Below are positions 48,585 to 58,227 of a stretch of 64,000 nucleotides of DNA, piece after piece. Numbering within the stretch: position 1 is the stretch's first letter; each line of letters opens with the position of its first letter. Location of the stretch: IMG/VR virus record IMGVR_UViG_3300008113_000012, positions 32,001-96,000 of that record; one strand, written 5' to 3'. The position numbers and the translations under genes are program-made. The notes below the pieces were generated by a model that saw only the letters and a list, made by a program, of their open reading frames with translations, made no database searches and had not been told where the DNA came from. This DNA is from a virus.

Positions 48585-50387
48585 ATGAATCAAACAAAAA
48601 CAGGTTATATTTTAGGTATTTCTCGAGGACACAATGCTGGTGTTTGTCTTTTGAAAGACGGCGAAATAGTGTTCAGTATCGAGGAAGAAAGACTTAGTAG
48701 ATTTAAGTATGACGGAAGTCCTCTAGCTAGTATGAGGAAAGTTTTAGATTATACTGATAAAATTGACTACTTAGTAGTTGCACATACTCAGCCACTTAAA
48801 GGATGTCCGCAAATTGAATATTCAGGCGACGATATGTATACCGGCATGGCAAGAAAGTTAGGATTAATCGACAGAAAAGAAAATATTTGGAATCATCCTC
48901 AAGTAATTGATGTAAGTAATCAACATCATAAAATTCATGCAGCTTGTGCATTTTATAATTCAGGATTTAAAAATGCAGTTGCAGTAGTAGTTGACGGCGC
49001 TGGCTCTGAATTTACATATAAAGGTAAAGAAAAAGAACACGCTTTATGGGAAGTAGAATCAATTTTTAACTGTTCTTACGATACTGGAATAACTACAAAA
49101 TTTAAACATTTCGGTTGTAGAGACCCTATTCCAAATTCATATAGCACTACTATGAATTTTGAGTATTTTGATGAGCCTGAGTCTCAATTTGAATGCATTA
49201 TTACTGACCATGCAGGCATAGTAAAATGTTATGAAGCAGTTACAGAATATTGCGGATTCGATGCTATCGAAGCAGGAAAGACTATGGGATTATTCCCTTA
49301 CGGTAAACCAATCGATAACTTGCCTCCCTTGTTTCAGCAAGATATGAAATTTCCAATTTCTAATAGAAACATTGTTATTCCTACATATCCAAATAGTGCA
49401 ATACTCAACTCTGCAATGTACGGAGCTTTAGAACAATGGTTTTCTGAAGGAGTTGATCCTACTACACTAGATAATAGAAGAGATGCTGCATATTGGGTTC
49501 AAACTCAAACTCAACAAGCAGTTCTTAATTTTATTATTAAAGCTGCTACACAGACTGGAAATAACAACGTTGTTCTTAGTGGAGGTTACGGTTTAAATTG
49601 TGTTGCTAACTATTTTTATCTTACTAAATTAAATGAATTAGGTATTAATTTATATGTTGAACCCGTATCAAATGATAGCGGAACCGCAGTTGGAGCAGCA
49701 TTATTCTGGTACTATATTTCATCGGGTGATACTGCTCTTAGAAATAAAGCTAATACATTATATCTTGGACCTCATTATAATTACACCGCAGAATATATTA
49801 CAAATGCAGCAGCAAAAGTTGAAGCTGAGATTACAGATTGCACAGAAGACGATATTGTAGATTTATTATCTCGCAAACACATTGTAGCCATGTTTCAAGG
49901 TCGCAGTGAAAATGGTCCTCGTGCATTAGGAAATCGTTCAATTTTATTCGATCCAAGATATAAAGACGGAAAGGCATATGTAAATCGTGTTAAAAATAGA
50001 GAATATTTTAGACCTTTTGCAGGTAGCATTTTAGCAGAACATGCACACGAATGGTTTGATTTGCGAGGTATGGAAGATAGTCCGCATATGATGTATGCTG
50101 TAAACTGTCAAGAAGGTGTAGCTGAAAAAATACCATCAGTTATTCATGAAGACGGAACTTGCAGAATTCAAACAGTAACAAAAGAGAATAACGAAAATTT
50201 TTATGCGCTAATTAATGCTTTCTACAAAAAAACTGGCATGCCAATTTTGTTTAATACAAGTTTCAACTTAGGCGGAGAACCTTTAGTAGAAACTCTTGAA
50301 GATGCATTATGGACTCTAGAAAATTCGTTAATTGAATACTTATACTTGCCTGAATGCAAAAAACTTATTATATTAAAAAATGGCTAA
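48585..50387 (+). CDS. O-carbamoyltransferase, NodU/CmcH family
   Basis: EEERLSRFK, HH..HAACAF, VVDGAG, GKTMGL, LSGGYGLNCVAN, ENGPRALGNRSIL, KNREYFRPFA, HEDGTCRIQTV, NTSFNLGGEPLVET. Confidence 0.95.
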   Translation: MNQTKTGYILGISRGHNAGVCLLKDGEIVFSIEEERLSRFKYDGSPLASMRKVLDYTDKIDYLVVAHTQPLKGCPQIEYSGDDMYTGMARKLGLIDRKENIWNHPQVIDVSNQHHKIHAACAFYNSGFKNAVAVVVDGAGSEFTYKGKEKEHALWEVESIFNCSYDTGITTKFKHFGCRDPIPNSYSTTMNFEYFDEPESQFECIITDHAGIVKCYEAVTEYCGFDAIEAGKTMGLFPYGKPIDNLPPLFQQDMKFPISNRNIVIPTYPNSAILNSAMYGALEQWFSEGVDPTTLDNRRDAAYWVQTQTQQAVLNFIIKAATQTGNNNVVLSGGYGLNCVANYFYLTKLNELGINLYVEPVSNDSGTAVGAALFWYYISSGDTALRNKANTLYLGPHYNYTAEYITNAAAKVEAEITDCTEDDIVDLLSRKHIVAMFQGRSENGPRALGNRSILFDPRYKDGKAYVNRVKNREYFRPFAGSILAEHAHEWFDLRGMEDSPHMMYAVNCQEGVAEKIPSVIHEDGTCRIQTVTKENNENFYALINAFYKKTGMPILFNTSFNLGGEPLVETLEDALWTLENSLIEYLYLPECKKLIILKNG

Positions 50388-51129
50388 TATAAAGCAATTT
50401 GTTTGTCTTGGCGGTTTGCCTAGGACAGGATCCACTTTACTTTCTGCGATTCTTTCGCAAAATCCTGAGATACATGCAGAGGGCAATTCTGCTGTTTGTC
50501 AAATAATGTCCGATATATTGGTTACTTGCGAAACTCTTGCAAAAGAACAACTCACGGCAAATAATAGAGAACATACTAAAATAGATTTAATTAAAGAAAT
50601 TCCTAACATCTATTATAAAGATGTAACTGCTTCTGTTATTGTTGACAAGTGTAGATCTTGGCCAACTAAGGATAATCAACTTTTATATAGACAACTCACT
50701 GCAAATCCTAAAACAATAATATTAACAAGACCTCTAGAAGAAATTGTTAAATCATTTATAAATCTATTTGAAGAAAACGGATACACTGGCAATCTTGAAA
50801 AACGTTTTTCAGAGATATGGTCCGCAGCTATTACACATGCAATCGAAGGTATTAAATGGGCTAAACAGAATAATACTGGAGAGTTTTTGTTTGTGTCGTA
50901 CGATGAACTAACAACTGATACAGAAGCAACTATTAAAAAAATATATTCGTTTTGCGAATGGAAGAGTTTTAATCATAACTTTAATTCTATAGTAAACATG
51001 CATCCGGAAAATGACGATGTATATCAATTAAAAGGCATGCATGACATTAGAAGTAGTGTATCAAAAAGAAAATTAACTACACAACTATCTCCTGCAATGT
51101 TAAAACAATGCAGAGCATTAGACATTTAA
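50380..51129 (+). CDS. PAPS-dependent sulfotransferase
   Basis: GGLPRTGSTLLSAILSQNP (5'-PSB loop), DKCRSW, R...EIVKS (3'-PB), VSYDEL. Confidence 0.88.
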   Translation: MANIKQFVCLGGLPRTGSTLLSAILSQNPEIHAEGNSAVCQIMSDILVTCETLAKEQLTANNREHTKIDLIKEIPNIYYKDVTASVIVDKCRSWPTKDNQLLYRQLTANPKTIILTRPLEEIVKSFINLFEENGYTGNLEKRFSEIWSAAITHAIEGIKWAKQNNTGEFLFVSYDELTTDTEATIKKIYSFCEWKSFNHNFNSIVNMHPENDDVYQLKGMHDIRSSVSKRKLTTQLSPAMLKQCRALDI

Positions 51130-51575
51130 ATTAAATCAATAATTTCAAATACTGTTTGTAATTTAGTCTTAATAGTCTTATTAGAAAAACTTACTCTTAG
51201 TCCTTGATGTAAAGGTTTAGGAGGATTTTCAATCGTTGCCCAAGCCCATCCAATATGCTCTTCACTTAATATTGGAACAAATTCATTATCTACTAGGCAT
51301 AGATATGTATGAAAATTAAATCCAGCATCATTACTAACAAACGTTTCGATAGGAATTGTTTTTAAGATAGTAAAATTACTACCAACTTCTTCAGCAATTT
51401 CTCTCTGTAGTCCTTGCCAAGGATTTTCACCTTCGTTGTTAGTGCCTCCAACAAGCCCCCATGTACCGGAATGCTTGCCTTCTGCTTTTTGTAACAATAA
51501 AAATCTGCGAGTATTTTTGGCGTAAATTAATGCACCACTGCATACTATCTTGTCAGTTATAGAGCTATTCTCCAT
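51126..51575 (-). CDS. NUDIX hydrolase
   Basis: Nudix box GG.NNEGENPWQGLQREIAEEVG. Confidence 0.9.
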   Translation of the reverse strand: MENSSITDKIVCSGALIYAKNTRRFLLLQKAEGKHSGTWGLVGGTNNEGENPWQGLQREIAEEVGSNFTILKTIPIETFVSNDAGFNFHTYLCLVDNEFVPILSEEHIGWAWATIENPPKPLHQGLRVSFSNKTIKTKLQTVFEIIDLI

Positions 51576-53437
51576 TGTCCTTTCTTATACTCGCCTTCAA
51601 ATGTTTTTGCCCACTCAACTCCGTTCCATCTATATTGAGTCTCAGTATAGAAATTTGTTTGATGAACTAAAGTCTCTGTATTTTCTTGTGCTGAAAATAC
51701 TGTTATCCAATTGTCTCCGTCCCACTCAATAATATCATTTACTTCTGCAACAGTATCAGTACCGTCACTGTTCTTCCATGCATCAGGACCGTCGTAGTTT
51801 AGATTTAATTCATATGTGACTTCATCATCTGTTTGTATTTCTATATTTGAAACAATTACAAATTCTTTATCAGCACTTTGACCACCAACTCTAAACGTAC
51901 TAATACTACCTTGCGGACTATTTACACCAGTAACAGTTATGATGCAATCGTTTGTGACATTTATTCCGCCTAGCTTGTTACCTCTAACTCTAATTCTGTC
52001 ACCTTCTGCGTATCCTGTTCCTGCACTATTCCCAATAACGGCAGAATACATACCAGTTGACAATAATTGTGTAACATTAAAAGTTGCACCACTACCGCTT
52101 CCTGAAATAGTTGTACTTATAGTATTATAAAAAACAGGATTAGCCAAAGGCGATGACACTACTTCTACCCCATTAACTAATAATTTATGATCGTTAACTT
52201 TTTTATGTAGTATATTAGTATAAACATAATAAGATTTAGCAGCAGCAATAAATGTATCTCTAATGGTGCCACCTATACTATCAACAATTAAATATCTAAC
52301 GCCAGTTTCAATTAGTTGATCTGTCCTTTCTTTATTAGGACGTTTAGGGTTGAAAGAAGTCGGGTCAACGATAGCGTCAAAGTAGCCCCATCGTCCTTCT
52401 ATCCTAGCAGGTCCTTCTATAAGTGTATTAGAAGGAAATGTATCACTATCCCATGATGTAACTAACAGTGTAAAATCGGTTGGATGAACACTAATAGTAC
52501 CAACTACTTCGGTGCCATCAGGCTGTCTTAGAAAGATTTTACTTAACCCTGAAGTTATTTTGCCCGGAAACTGACGTAGTGCCATGTCCCAAGATAACCA
52601 AGTACCGGGACTAACTTCGTTGCTACGCATACGAATAATATTAGATTCTACAACAATGTCAAAATTACCTATTGTAACTCTAGTTTCAAATAATGCTCCG
52701 ACTGGGTCAACTTGTCCAGTTGCAGTATCAACTCCTAGTCCTTCGATATAGTCTTGGACAGCATCGCTTTTACCGCCATATATGTTATTAACAATGCTAG
52801 TAACAATACCTAATTTCTTAACTTTAACTGGCGGGCTTAGCCATACTGGAGTTTTTAAAGTTAATGTAGCAATATCAATTGCACTGTTTGTTCCTACAGG
52901 AACACTTCGTGAACTAAACACTACATCGCCTAATTCAACAACGCTTAAACTAGTCCAGTCAATGTAATTATCTGTAGTTTGTATTTCTAAACTTGGGTTA
53001 AACAATGTTAGTAGTTGTTCAAGTATTTGTAATTTTTGATCAGTACTTGTACTCCATATGTCAACTTTAAGACTAAGATCAAACGGAGTTGGCATTAAAC
53101 GCTCAACAGTATATTGACCGCCTTGTGTATATTCATATGCACCAGTTTCTTCATTAATTGCACGTTCTCGTATGTGTAACTTACCTACATAAGTAGAGTC
53201 ACCCATCCTGTCTCTGGCTAGATCTAAATCGCTAACATATACCGCAATACGAGGAGCACTAGCTACAGCATTTTCGCTGTTTTGATTAATGATACTGGCA
53301 GCTTGTCTATCTTGATCTCCATACATAACAGGAACACGAACTAAGGTTCCGTCACTATACTTGACTACAAAGTTAGATACTAGTCTAACTACCTGTGTAA
53401 TATATCGTCTTAATTGGCCGTCATAAAAATGTTGCAT
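51557..53437 (-). CDS. gp15: Tail terminator / sheath stabiliser (T4 gp15-like) with C-terminal extensions
   Basis: HFYDGQLRRYI, RVPVMYG, PRIAV, QKLQILEQLLTLFNP; adjacent to gp14/gp13. Confidence 0.82.
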   Translation of the reverse strand: MQHFYDGQLRRYITQVVRLVSNFVVKYSDGTLVRVPVMYGDQDRQAASIINQNSENAVASAPRIAVYVSDLDLARDRMGDSTYVGKLHIRERAINEETGAYEYTQGGQYTVERLMPTPFDLSLKVDIWSTSTDQKLQILEQLLTLFNPSLEIQTTDNYIDWTSLSVVELGDVVFSSRSVPVGTNSAIDIATLTLKTPVWLSPPVKVKKLGIVTSIVNNIYGGKSDAVQDYIEGLGVDTATGQVDPVGALFETRVTIGNFDIVVESNIIRMRSNEVSPGTWLSWDMALRQFPGKITSGLSKIFLRQPDGTEVVGTISVHPTDFTLLVTSWDSDTFPSNTLIEGPARIEGRWGYFDAIVDPTSFNPKRPNKERTDQLIETGVRYLIVDSIGGTIRDTFIAAAKSYYVYTNILHKKVNDHKLLVNGVEVVSSPLANPVFYNTISTTISGSGSGATFNVTQLLSTGMYSAVIGNSAGTGYAEGDRIRVRGNKLGGINVTNDCIITVTGVNSPQGSISTFRVGGQSADKEFVIVSNIEIQTDDEVTYELNLNYDGPDAWKNSDGTDTVAEVNDIIEWDGDNWITVFSAQENTETLVHQTNFYTETQYRWNGVEWAKTFEGEYKKGQWRIAL

Positions 53438-55020
53438 TAGAAATCTGCCTTAGGTCTAAGAGCTTTACTGATACTCTGTCTTTCTGATTCTCGCTTATTG
53501 TATAATGTAACAGTCCATTGTCCAGGCAACGGTAATTTAACTCCATCAGGTAAAGTAATTCTAATAAAATTAGTTGTATTACCTACTACATTATACGATG
53601 TGATTATATTTTCATTCTCACTAACAACATAATCAAACTCTATAACAGACTGTTCAATTACAACATACAACGCTGTGTTGTACAAATCATAATCTATTAA
53701 TGTATTGATAGTGTTACCTGTATTAGGCTGATTATCAATAAACGTCTGCCCAAATGTAACAACATCATCAGCAACTGACATAGTGTAAGTATATTTTTTA
53801 TTGTTAATAAATCCAAGTCTGTGAGTTTTTCTACTATCAGTGTTAGTCATAGTATGACGTACAGCATCTTCTATCTTAATCCAACGTTGCCCGTCATATC
53901 TAAACAGTCTATTTGGCATCATATCGTTGCGCAAAAAGTAGTCATCAGCTTGTGCTCCTGCAGGGAAAGCAATACCAAACCCAAAATCTGCACCATTCGG
54001 TGGAACACCATCTCCGATCAAATATCCTGCATATCCAGCACGTTTAGGTTTTGCTGCCATTGCATCTGCACTAAGAGTAGTAGTGCTTGCATCTGGCGGA
54101 GTTGATGAATCATCTGCTGTATATAACTTAGGTTGTCCTTTTTCATCAACTGCTAATGTATATAAATGTCTAGTTTCATATCCACTGTTCGGAGCATCTG
54201 CCTCAGCTTGTGCAATAATTGCATCATTAATTTGTAAATTTTTACTATTAGTACTGAGAATATCTTGTAGACTCTGACCACCATATGCACTAAAGAAACT
54301 AGAATTTGGAGGCGGAGTGTTGACAGGCGTGCTAGCTGTAACAGTATACAATGTACCTTGATAGCGAACAATTTGTCCTGTAGTATATGTTTGTGTAGGA
54401 TCATAATCTCCTACAAAGTTAGCATTGGTGTCTACTGGTTTAGTTAGAATATCAGCAAACTGTTGACTATCAACTATCTTTTTAAGTTTTAATCTGTATA
54501 AATGCGGATACCAAGTTTTACTAAATCCTTCAGCAGCACGACCTATATCATCAATTACAAAATAACGAGGCATCGCAACGTCAAACTCATTAAGTGCAAA
54601 TTCGTCACGTAGATGAGGTAGTTCTAATACGTCTCCGCTTAGTGGTTTACGCCCTACTGTACTAACAAAATCATTAATATGCACAGTCATAAAAACTGTA
54701 TCTTGATCAATAAACAATCCAAACTGACTTAAATTAAAATCAATATCTTGTACATTATAAATGCCACGTAGTGTAAAGATAGAACTATCATATTTTCTAT
54801 CACGATTTTCTAAAAATAGCAAGTCTTGTATGTTTGTTTCTTTAACTGCATCATACATAGGTTGATCTGCTGTAGATTCTCCTTCGAGTGGATTTTTAGG
54901 TCCTAAGTATTTGTGCAAGTATATATCAGTACCGCCCACCTGAAACATTTCAGATATGTTGCGATCTAGGAACTTGTAATCGTTGCCCTTTTCGGGTTTG
55001 TAAAGTGATAAACGTGGCAT
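53437..55020 (-). CDS. gp14: Neck/head-completion protein (T4 gp14-like) with insertions
   Basis: Start reassigned to MPRLSLYKPE at 55020, downstream of a TAAATA motif. LSQFGL, PLSGDVLELPH, YRLKLK. Confidence 0.75.
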   Translation of the reverse strand: MPRLSLYKPEKGNDYKFLDRNISEMFQVGGTDIYLHKYLGPKNPLEGESTADQPMYDAVKETNIQDLLFLENRDRKYDSSIFTLRGIYNVQDIDFNLSQFGLFIDQDTVFMTVHINDFVSTVGRKPLSGDVLELPHLRDEFALNEFDVAMPRYFVIDDIGRAAEGFSKTWYPHLYRLKLKKIVDSQQFADILTKPVDTNANFVGDYDPTQTYTTGQIVRYQGTLYTVTASTPVNTPPPNSSFFSAYGGQSLQDILSTNSKNLQINDAIIAQAEADAPNSGYETRHLYTLAVDEKGQPKLYTADDSSTPPDASTTTLSADAMAAKPKRAGYAGYLIGDGVPPNGADFGFGIAFPAGAQADDYFLRNDMMPNRLFRYDGQRWIKIEDAVRHTMTNTDSRKTHRLGFINNKKYTYTMSVADDVVTFGQTFIDNQPNTGNTINTLIDYDLYNTALYVVIEQSVIEFDYVVSENENIITSYNVVGNTTNFIRITLPDGVKLPLPGQWTVTLYNKRESERQSISKALRPKADF

Positions 55021-55027
55021 AGTAGTA

Positions 55028-55044
55028 TATTTAGCGCATAAATA
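55028..55044. promoter_or_regulatory. Back-to-back late promoters
   Basis: TATTTA-GCGCA-TAAATA gives TAAATA on both strands between divergent gp14 and gp13. Confidence 0.7.
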
Positions 55045-55059
55045 ATACGGGAGATACAA

Positions 55060-55821
55060 ATGTCAGACAATCCACAAGCAGTTAAACAACAAGTTTTTGA
55101 TTATTGCCGCACTATGCTAGGTGACGGTATGATTGACGTTGAACTCGATCCAATTCACTATGAAACAGCACTGGACAAGGCTCTAGTACGTTTTAGACAA
55201 CGAAGCCCTAATGCAGTAGAAGAAAGCTACATGTTTTTAGAATTAAAAAAGGATCAAAATGATTACATATTGCCTAGAGAAGTTATTAATGTGCAATCAG
55301 TATTTCGTAGAACTTTGGGATCAAGAACTGGTGGAGGAACTGGTACAAACTTTGAACCTTTCAATCTTGCGTACACTAATACGTATTTGTTAAACAGCAC
55401 CATGCTGGGCGGCATAGCTACCTACTATATGTTTGCCAGTTATCAAGAAATGATTGGTAAAATTTTTGGTAGTTTTATTGAATTTCAATGGATTCCTACA
55501 AGCCGCATACTAAGAATATTACAACGTCCATTTAGTGAAGGCGAAACACTATTACTACGCTGCCAGAACTTTAGACCAGATTACACAATTATTGAAGACA
55601 TTTATGCTAAACAGTGGATACGTGACTATAGTCTAGCTAACTGTAAAATTATGTTAGGTGAAGCCCGTAGCAAGTTTGCTAGTATTGCTGGCCCGCAAGG
55701 TGGCGGCAGTCTAAATGGTGGGGATCTAAAGAGTGACGGTAAAGCAGATTTAGAAAAGTTAGATAAAGAATTAGAAACACTTGTTAGTGGTGGTACAGGT
55801 TATACATTTATCATAGGTTAA
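55060..55821 (+). CDS. gp13: Neck protein (T4 gp13-like)
   Basis: YCRTMLG...IDVELD, WIRDYSLANCK..LGEARSKF...GPQGG..LNG. Confidence 0.88.
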   Translation: MSDNPQAVKQQVFDYCRTMLGDGMIDVELDPIHYETALDKALVRFRQRSPNAVEESYMFLELKKDQNDYILPREVINVQSVFRRTLGSRTGGGTGTNFEPFNLAYTNTYLLNSTMLGGIATYYMFASYQEMIGKIFGSFIEFQWIPTSRILRILQRPFSEGETLLLRCQNFRPDYTIIEDIYAKQWIRDYSLANCKIMLGEARSKFASIAGPQGGGSLNGGDLKSDGKADLEKLDKELETLVSGGTGYTFIIG

Positions 55822-55823
55822 AG

Positions 55824-56201
55824 ATGAAAGTTTACGATATTATTACAGAAGTTCGACAGCCCAAGCCAACTAAAAGACAAGCACAGTCTACTAAGGGCAT
55901 GGATATCTACGGTGATAAAGAAAGATCCGACAGCACCTATGTAGCGTTTAAGCTAGGGCAAGCTATGGCCTGTACAGACGGCAAATCAAAACCAGATATG
56001 GATGGGAAAAGCTGGTATGGTAAAAAGAAAACTATCCATCCTTATACTAAAGAAGAACACGACATGTTTGTTCAAGCTGCTAAAGTAGTAGGCGCAGATT
56101 ACGAAGATTTAAATCACGGTGACATGCGTAGTTTAGAACTAGACACTACTAATAAAACAAGTCCAGTAGCTAAACCAAAGCGCAACAAATACGGTATATA
56201 A
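55824..56201 (+). CDS. Hypothetical protein, candidate internal head protein
   Basis: N-terminal MKVYDIITE resembles the start of the 2307 ORF; basic C-terminus. Confidence 0.6.
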   Translation: MKVYDIITEVRQPKPTKRQAQSTKGMDIYGDKERSDSTYVAFKLGQAMACTDGKSKPDMDGKSWYGKKKTIHPYTKEEHDMFVQAAKVVGADYEDLNHGDMRSLELDTTNKTSPVAKPKRNKYGI

Positions 56202-56254
56202 ATTTTTAACTAGTTAGGAGAAGTACTATATAATAGTAAATCTCTACACTGGAT

Positions 56255-57097
56255 ATGAAAAATAAAATATCAACTCTATACATTACCGGCGACAGTTTTA
56301 GTCAAATAATTCCCGACGATGTAAACGACCAACTTTGGCCGATACAGTTAGCTAGGGTTATCAATGCTAAACTACAAAACACTAGTTGTTACGGAGTTTC
56401 ACAAGACTGGAATTGGTCTATTTTAGAAGAATGGTCAGATAAAATAACTTCAGACGATCAGCTAATTGTAGTACTCACTGATCCGGGAAGATTTTGGTTC
56501 ATTGAAGATAAACCTGAACTTTCAAATTCATGGATAGTAGAATCAGAATTTGAAAAATTAATAGGTAATAGTGAAATCAAAAAAGCAATCGAGTATTATA
56601 TCCAATATATACAGCGACCTAAGATAGATTGTAGATTTTTAATGCATCGATTAGGCTGGCTTAATAATCTTGTAAGAATAAACAATTGGAAGAAGCCGTT
56701 AATACTACTAGCATTTGATCAATTCGTACCAAATCCTCAGCACTATCCTGATCTAACAATTGTGCCCGGCAATTTAATGCATGTTTCCCATGCTGAAACA
56801 GATATCAATGATCCCATTGATTATAAATTTGTTGACACCCGACATAATCATTTTACATTATCTAACCATACTATTTTAGCTACTAAAATAGGAAAGTTTC
56901 TAACAACTGGCGAAGAGATTGACTTAAAATCAGGTTTTATCAAAAACGTGTATACGCAGACAGCAATTAATAATCCTGACTTTGTCAAGAATGAGTTGTC
57001 ATTGGCAAATTTTGAAAGATATAAATTATACAAGTCAACACAGCCTGGAGACCATATTTCAATTATGAATCGCATTCGTGCTATGCAAAGAAAATAA
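56255..57097 (+). CDS. Hypothetical protein, SGNH/GDSL-like N-terminal block
   Basis: LYITGDSFS...WP..LA...N....G.S pattern and C-terminal NH; AT-rich. Confidence 0.55.
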   Translation: MKNKISTLYITGDSFSQIIPDDVNDQLWPIQLARVINAKLQNTSCYGVSQDWNWSILEEWSDKITSDDQLIVVLTDPGRFWFIEDKPELSNSWIVESEFEKLIGNSEIKKAIEYYIQYIQRPKIDCRFLMHRLGWLNNLVRINNWKKPLILLAFDQFVPNPQHYPDLTIVPGNLMHVSHAETDINDPIDYKFVDTRHNHFTLSNHTILATKIGKFLTTGEEIDLKSGFIKNVYTQTAINNPDFVKNELSLANFERYKLYKSTQPGDHISIMNRIRAMQRK

Positions 57098-57117
57098 TCA
57101 ATCGGCAAAAAAATTTA

Positions 57118-57146
57118 TTGACAATTATATCTAATTATAGTACATT
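57118..57146 (+). promoter_or_regulatory. Sigma70-type (early) promoter
   Basis: TTGACA-17 nt-TACATT with an upstream A-tract, before the dNMP kinase. Confidence 0.55.
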
Positions 57147-57167
57147 ATACTATTACATGGGGGCAAT

Positions 57168-57863
57168 ATGATTATAGGTGTATGCGGGTTTATTGGTTCT
57201 GGCAAAGATACTGTTGCTGACTATCTTACAAATTTTCACGGATTTAGACGAGAATCATTTGCCAATAGTTTGAAAGATGCAGTAGCACATGTATTTGGTT
57301 GGGACAGAACAATGCTCGAAGGGCGTACAAAACAGGCCCGTGAATGGCGTGAACAAGTAGATCCTTGGTGGGCAGACCGACTCGGCATTCCAACTCTTAC
57401 TCCTCGTTGGGTCTTACAATATTGGGGAACAGAAGTGTGCCGTCGAGCATTTCACGATGACATTTGGATTGCCAGCCTTGAAAATAAACTCCGAAACAGC
57501 CGAGACGACATTGTTATTAGTGACTGTCGCTTCCCTAACGAAATTAAATCAATTAAAGATGCAGGTGGCATTGTAGTACGTGTAGTTCGAGGACCTGAGC
57601 CAGACTGGTATCAAGATGCTATAGATATGAATGCAGGTGACCGTTGTATAACTTATATGACTGCTAAAGTACGTATGCAAAAATTGGGAATACATGCTAG
57701 TGAAACTGCATGGGTTGGAACTAAGTTTGACTTAGTTCTAGATAACAATGCCACTATTGATGACTTGTTTGCACAAGTTAAAAGTCTGGTTTTAGAGACC
57801 CCTGCTTCCATTGAAAACCCTCCTTATGGAGAGTCCTTTGGCAGTTTGCACACACTGTCTTAA
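57168..57863 (+). CDS. gp1: Deoxynucleoside monophosphate kinase
   Basis: IIGVCGFIGSGKDTVA P-loop, FANSLKDA, TPRWVLQYWGTE, ISDCRFPNE, HASE. Confidence 0.93.
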   Translation: MIIGVCGFIGSGKDTVADYLTNFHGFRRESFANSLKDAVAHVFGWDRTMLEGRTKQAREWREQVDPWWADRLGIPTLTPRWVLQYWGTEVCRRAFHDDIWIASLENKLRNSRDDIVISDCRFPNEIKSIKDAGGIVVRVVRGPEPDWYQDAIDMNAGDRCITYMTAKVRMQKLGIHASETAWVGTKFDLVLDNNATIDDLFAQVKSLVLETPASIENPPYGESFGSLHTLS

Positions 57864-58119
57864 GATTTGCAGGACGGGAGTTATTTAGATTCCCGTCTAC
57901 GTGGAACACATTAAACTGTTCCTTATACTTGCTTTTATAGCCACACTTATCGCATTCTGACTTCATGCGATATCCATCTTGATACCACTTGGGCATACCT
58001 TTGCCTATTCCCCCATATCGAGCGCACACTTCGCATTTAGAGCGATAGAATACTCTACCTTCTTTACGATAGTTAATAGCAGCTGGTCTTAGCCCGCATC
58101 CGCATAGTGGTCTTATCAT
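57778..58119 (-). CDS. HNH-like zinc-binding protein (degenerate catalytic motif)
   Basis: CGC, CEVC, CDKCG, HVDGNLNNSRPANLKTVCANC. Confidence 0.75.
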   Translation of the reverse strand: MIRPLCGCGLRPAAINYRKEGRVFYRSKCEVCARYGGIGKGMPKWYQDGYRMKSECDKCGYKSKYKEQFNVFHVDGNLNNSRPANLKTVCANCQRTLHKEGFQWKQGSLKPDF

Positions 58120-58227
58120 AGTGTATTTAGCTGCCCTTTTCGACGCCTTTTTGGTGGGTTATAACAAGCCAATTTTTGTTTTTATCAATAAATACTAGTA
58201 GAACAAAAACCTTAGGAGATTCCAAAG

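Noticed and set aside
55021-55059. Track start for the gp14-like gene at 55059
   Set aside because: The extension spans the divergent promoter pair; the ATG at 55020 follows TAAATA and gives a more plausible N-terminus.
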